NCBI GenBank assembly: GCA_040954595.2
Contig: CM082576.2
Span: 20,011,028 to 20,075,027 of the forward strand
Direction: 5' to 3'
Source: Balanoglossus misakiensis
Lineage: Eukaryota; Animalia; Hemichordata
DNA: 64,000 nucleotides
The position numbers and the translations under genes were made by a program. Below are positions 61,201 to 64,000 of this stretch, in pieces (the first letter of the stretch is position 1; every line of letters begins with the position of its first letter). The notes beneath the pieces are model-generated. The model was given only the letters and a program-made list of their open reading frames with translations. It had not been told where the DNA came from and ran no database searches.

Positions 61201-64000
61201 AGTATCTCTACCCGTTTGGAACTAAGAAAAGAATTTATTCTTATTTATTTTGTGAAAAAGACAATATTTCGAAAAAAAGTCGAAAATGGTAATTTTGTCT
61301 TGGGTGATTCAAATTATACCGCCTTTTCTGGAATTTGCAGCACTTTTTACAAGAGAACGACACTTCATGCTCCATAATATTTCCGAAAATGAAGAAAAGA
61401 GTTAATTTTTTATGATTTTTTAAAAATTTACCATTTTTGTCAAAATATGGCCAACATGGCTATTTTTTCTTGAATTCCGTCAATATCTCTGCATTTTTGG
61501 AGTGGTCGAAAGTTTTAACATACAATCAACATGTCATATATGATCGGGGCACCAAATTCGTAGAACAAAGGTTTTTTTATTTTTTTTTTCTAAAAATGAC
61601 ATTTTCAAGGAAAATTTGGTAAAACGCAATTTTGTCTGCAGTGAGCCAAATTAGACGGTCTTTTGTGGAATTTGTATCGATATATACATACGAAGAGCAT
61701 TCTATACTCCATCAGATTTCCGAAAATGTAGAAAACAGGTATTTTTTGTAATTTTGAAAAATTTTTCCATTTTGACCAAATTGTGGCTAAAATTGTTATT
61801 TTCGTGTTGGTGCCGCCAGTGTCACTGCTTTTAAAAGTCATAAAAACTTTTAACATACAATTAATTCTTTATATATGATCAGGTCACCGAATTAAAAAAA
61901 TAAAGAATGTTTTGCCTAAAAATGACCTTTTAGGTGCAAAAACGAATAAAACGTAATTTTGTATTAAATCAGCTCATTCAGAGTGCATTTTTTATAATCA
62001 GCACCATTTTTACATATAATGGAAATTTCATACATCATCAGATATCCAAATATGAAAAAATGATTTAGATTTTAGATGATTGTCCAAAATTAGCTGATAT
62101 CTAATAAATGTAGTATTGAACCGTTCTGTTCCCCCCCCCCCCTACATTATATGCGGTACACCGATGTCAGCTTACCCGGCAGTACTGCAGGCCGTGCCCC
62201 CAACTAACGTCGGTGTTTGAAACGCCCTGGTAAAATTCGGGCTTTCTCTATAAATTGACAGGCAATAATGCAGTCCTACCGGAACAAATGTCGAGTGTTG
62301 ACCCGCTGTGACTTTCCCTCTTCGGTTTGCCCGACTTAGCCAACGTCTTTGTACTAGAGTGTCGGGTCTTTTGGAGAGCCAGGCCGAAGGAAATCCGACT
62401 TGATCACCGTTGCTAACGAACGCTAGTGTCTGTCATGGTGTGCCGGGGTTTTAGTCGAGCCAGGCCGTAGGAAATCCGACTTGATCACCGTTGCTAACGA
62501 ACGCTAGTGTCTGTCATGGTGTGCCGGGGTTTTAGTCGAGCCAGGCCGTAGGAAATCCGACGTAATCACCGTTGATAACTTACGCCAGTCTGTGTCATAT
62601 AGAGCCGGTGCACCAGCCGAGTCACGCCGTAGGAAATCTTACTTGATCAACGTGGTCAATGTACGCCTGTTTCTGCTCTAGAGTGCCGGGGCTTCAGCTG
62701 AGCCAGGCCGTAGGAAACCCGACGTGATTACCTTTGTTAACTTACGCCAGTTTGTGTCCTATATATAGTGCCGGGGCATCAGCCGTGCCAGGCCGAAGGA
62801 AATGTGAGTGGATCAACGTGGTCTCTGTACGCGTGTTTCTGCTCTAGAGTGCCAGGGCTTTAGCCAAGCCATGCCGTAGGAAATCTGACTTGATCACCGT
62901 TGCTAACGAACGCTAGTGTCTGTCATGGTGTGCCGGGGTTTTAGTCGAGCCAGGCCGTAGGAAATCCGACTTGATCACCGTTGCTAACGAACGCTAGTGT
63001 CTGTCATGGTGTGCCGGGGTTTTAGTCGAGCCAGGCCGTAGGAAATCCGACGTAATCACCGTTGATAACTTACGCCAGTCTGTGTCATATAGAGCCGGTG
63101 CACCAGCCGAGTCACGCCGTAGGAAATCTGACTTGATCAACGTGGTCAATGTACGCCTGTTTCTGCTCTAGAGTGCCGGGGCTTCAGCTGAGCCAGGCCG
63201 TAGGAAACCCGACGTGATTACCGTTGTTAACTTACGCCAGTCTGTGTCCTATATATAGTGCCGGGGCATCAGCCGTGCCAGGCCGAAGGAAATGTGAGAA
63301 GATCAACGTGGTCTCTGTACGCGTGTTTCTGCTCTAGAGTGCCAGGGTTTTAGCTAAGCCATGCCGTAGGAAATCTGACTTGATCAACGTTGCTAACGAA
63401 CGCTAGTGTCTGTCATAGTGTGCCGGGGTTTTAGTCGAGCCAAGCCGTAGGAGATCTGACTTGATCAACGTGGTCAATGTACGCCTGTTTCTTCTCTAGA
63501 GTGCCGGGGCTTCAGCTGAGCCAGGCCGTAGGAAACCCATGCCGTAGAAAATCTGACTTGATCACCGTTGCTAACGTACGCTTGTGTCTGTCATATTGTG
63601 ACGGAGATTTATTCGAGCCAGGCCGTAGAAAAATCGACTTGTTCAACGTTACCAGTGTGCAACTGTTTCTGCTCTAGAGTGTCAGGGTTTTAGCCGACTT
63701 ATGCTGTAGGAAATCTGAGTTGATGAACGGGAATTCAATGTTAGAAAACCCGTGTGGAAAGTATCTCTACCCGTTTGAAACTAAGAAAAGAATTCATTCT
63801 TATTTATTTTGTAAAAAAGACAATTTTTCGAAAAAAAGTCGAAAATGGTAATTTTGTCTTGGGTGATTCAAATTATACCACCTTTTCTGGAATTTGCAGC
63901 ACTTTTTACAAGAGAACGACACTTCATGCTCCATAATATTTCCGAAAATGAAGAAAAGAGTTTATTTTTTATGATTTTTTAAAAATTTACCATTTTTGTC
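37300..64000. repeat. Higher-order (multi-unit, ~12-14 kb) duplication within the array
   Basis: Rare unit variants recur in the same order at ~37560/49775, 38142/50355, 43791/53883, 46485/62369 and 49200/63531. Confidence 0.82.

Larger units (their letters stand above)
1..64000. repeat. Tandem array of a ~2.05 kb composite satellite/macrosatellite unit (~22 copies), interrupted by transposons in the left half
   Basis: The landmark GTATTGAACCGTTCTGTT-C(n)-TACATT recurs at ~2399, 12283, 14338, 21259, 28433, 30478, 34686, 36092, 38142, 40193, 42247, 44364, 46252, 48289, 50355, 52405, 54456, 56510 and 62131, and is deleted at ~58556 and ~60341. Spacing is ~2050 bp where uninterrupted and all copies share one orientation. 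Confidence 0.98.

Overview
Eukaryotic (probably invertebrate animal) repeat DNA; no host protein gene or recognisable RNA gene. The backbone is a head-to-tail array of ~22 copies of a ~2.05 kb composite unit: poly-C tract plus a ~200 bp hairpin-forming segment, then ~11 GC-rich 81-bp monomers, then ~5.5 AT-rich ~168-bp monomers. In the first 33.7 kb five unrelated mobile elements are inserted with clean junctions: (1) a defective BEL/Pao LTR element (4018-11926) with a nested 5'-truncated CR1-type LINE; (2) an apparently intact PAT-like DIRS tyrosine-recombinase retrotransposon (15553-20420), with gag and pol in frame across one TGA and a probable splice acceptor before YR; (3) a Helentron-type non-autonomous element (~22581-23732); (4) an Academ-like TIR element carrying a decayed L1/Tx1 fragment (23988-27799); (5) a DD37E IS630/Tc1-type element with >600 bp TIRs and a divergent SAM-like ORF (31542-33699). 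The last 30 kb has no insertions and shows a 12-14 kb higher-order duplication. All calls are from reading the sequence by eye; no searches were run.
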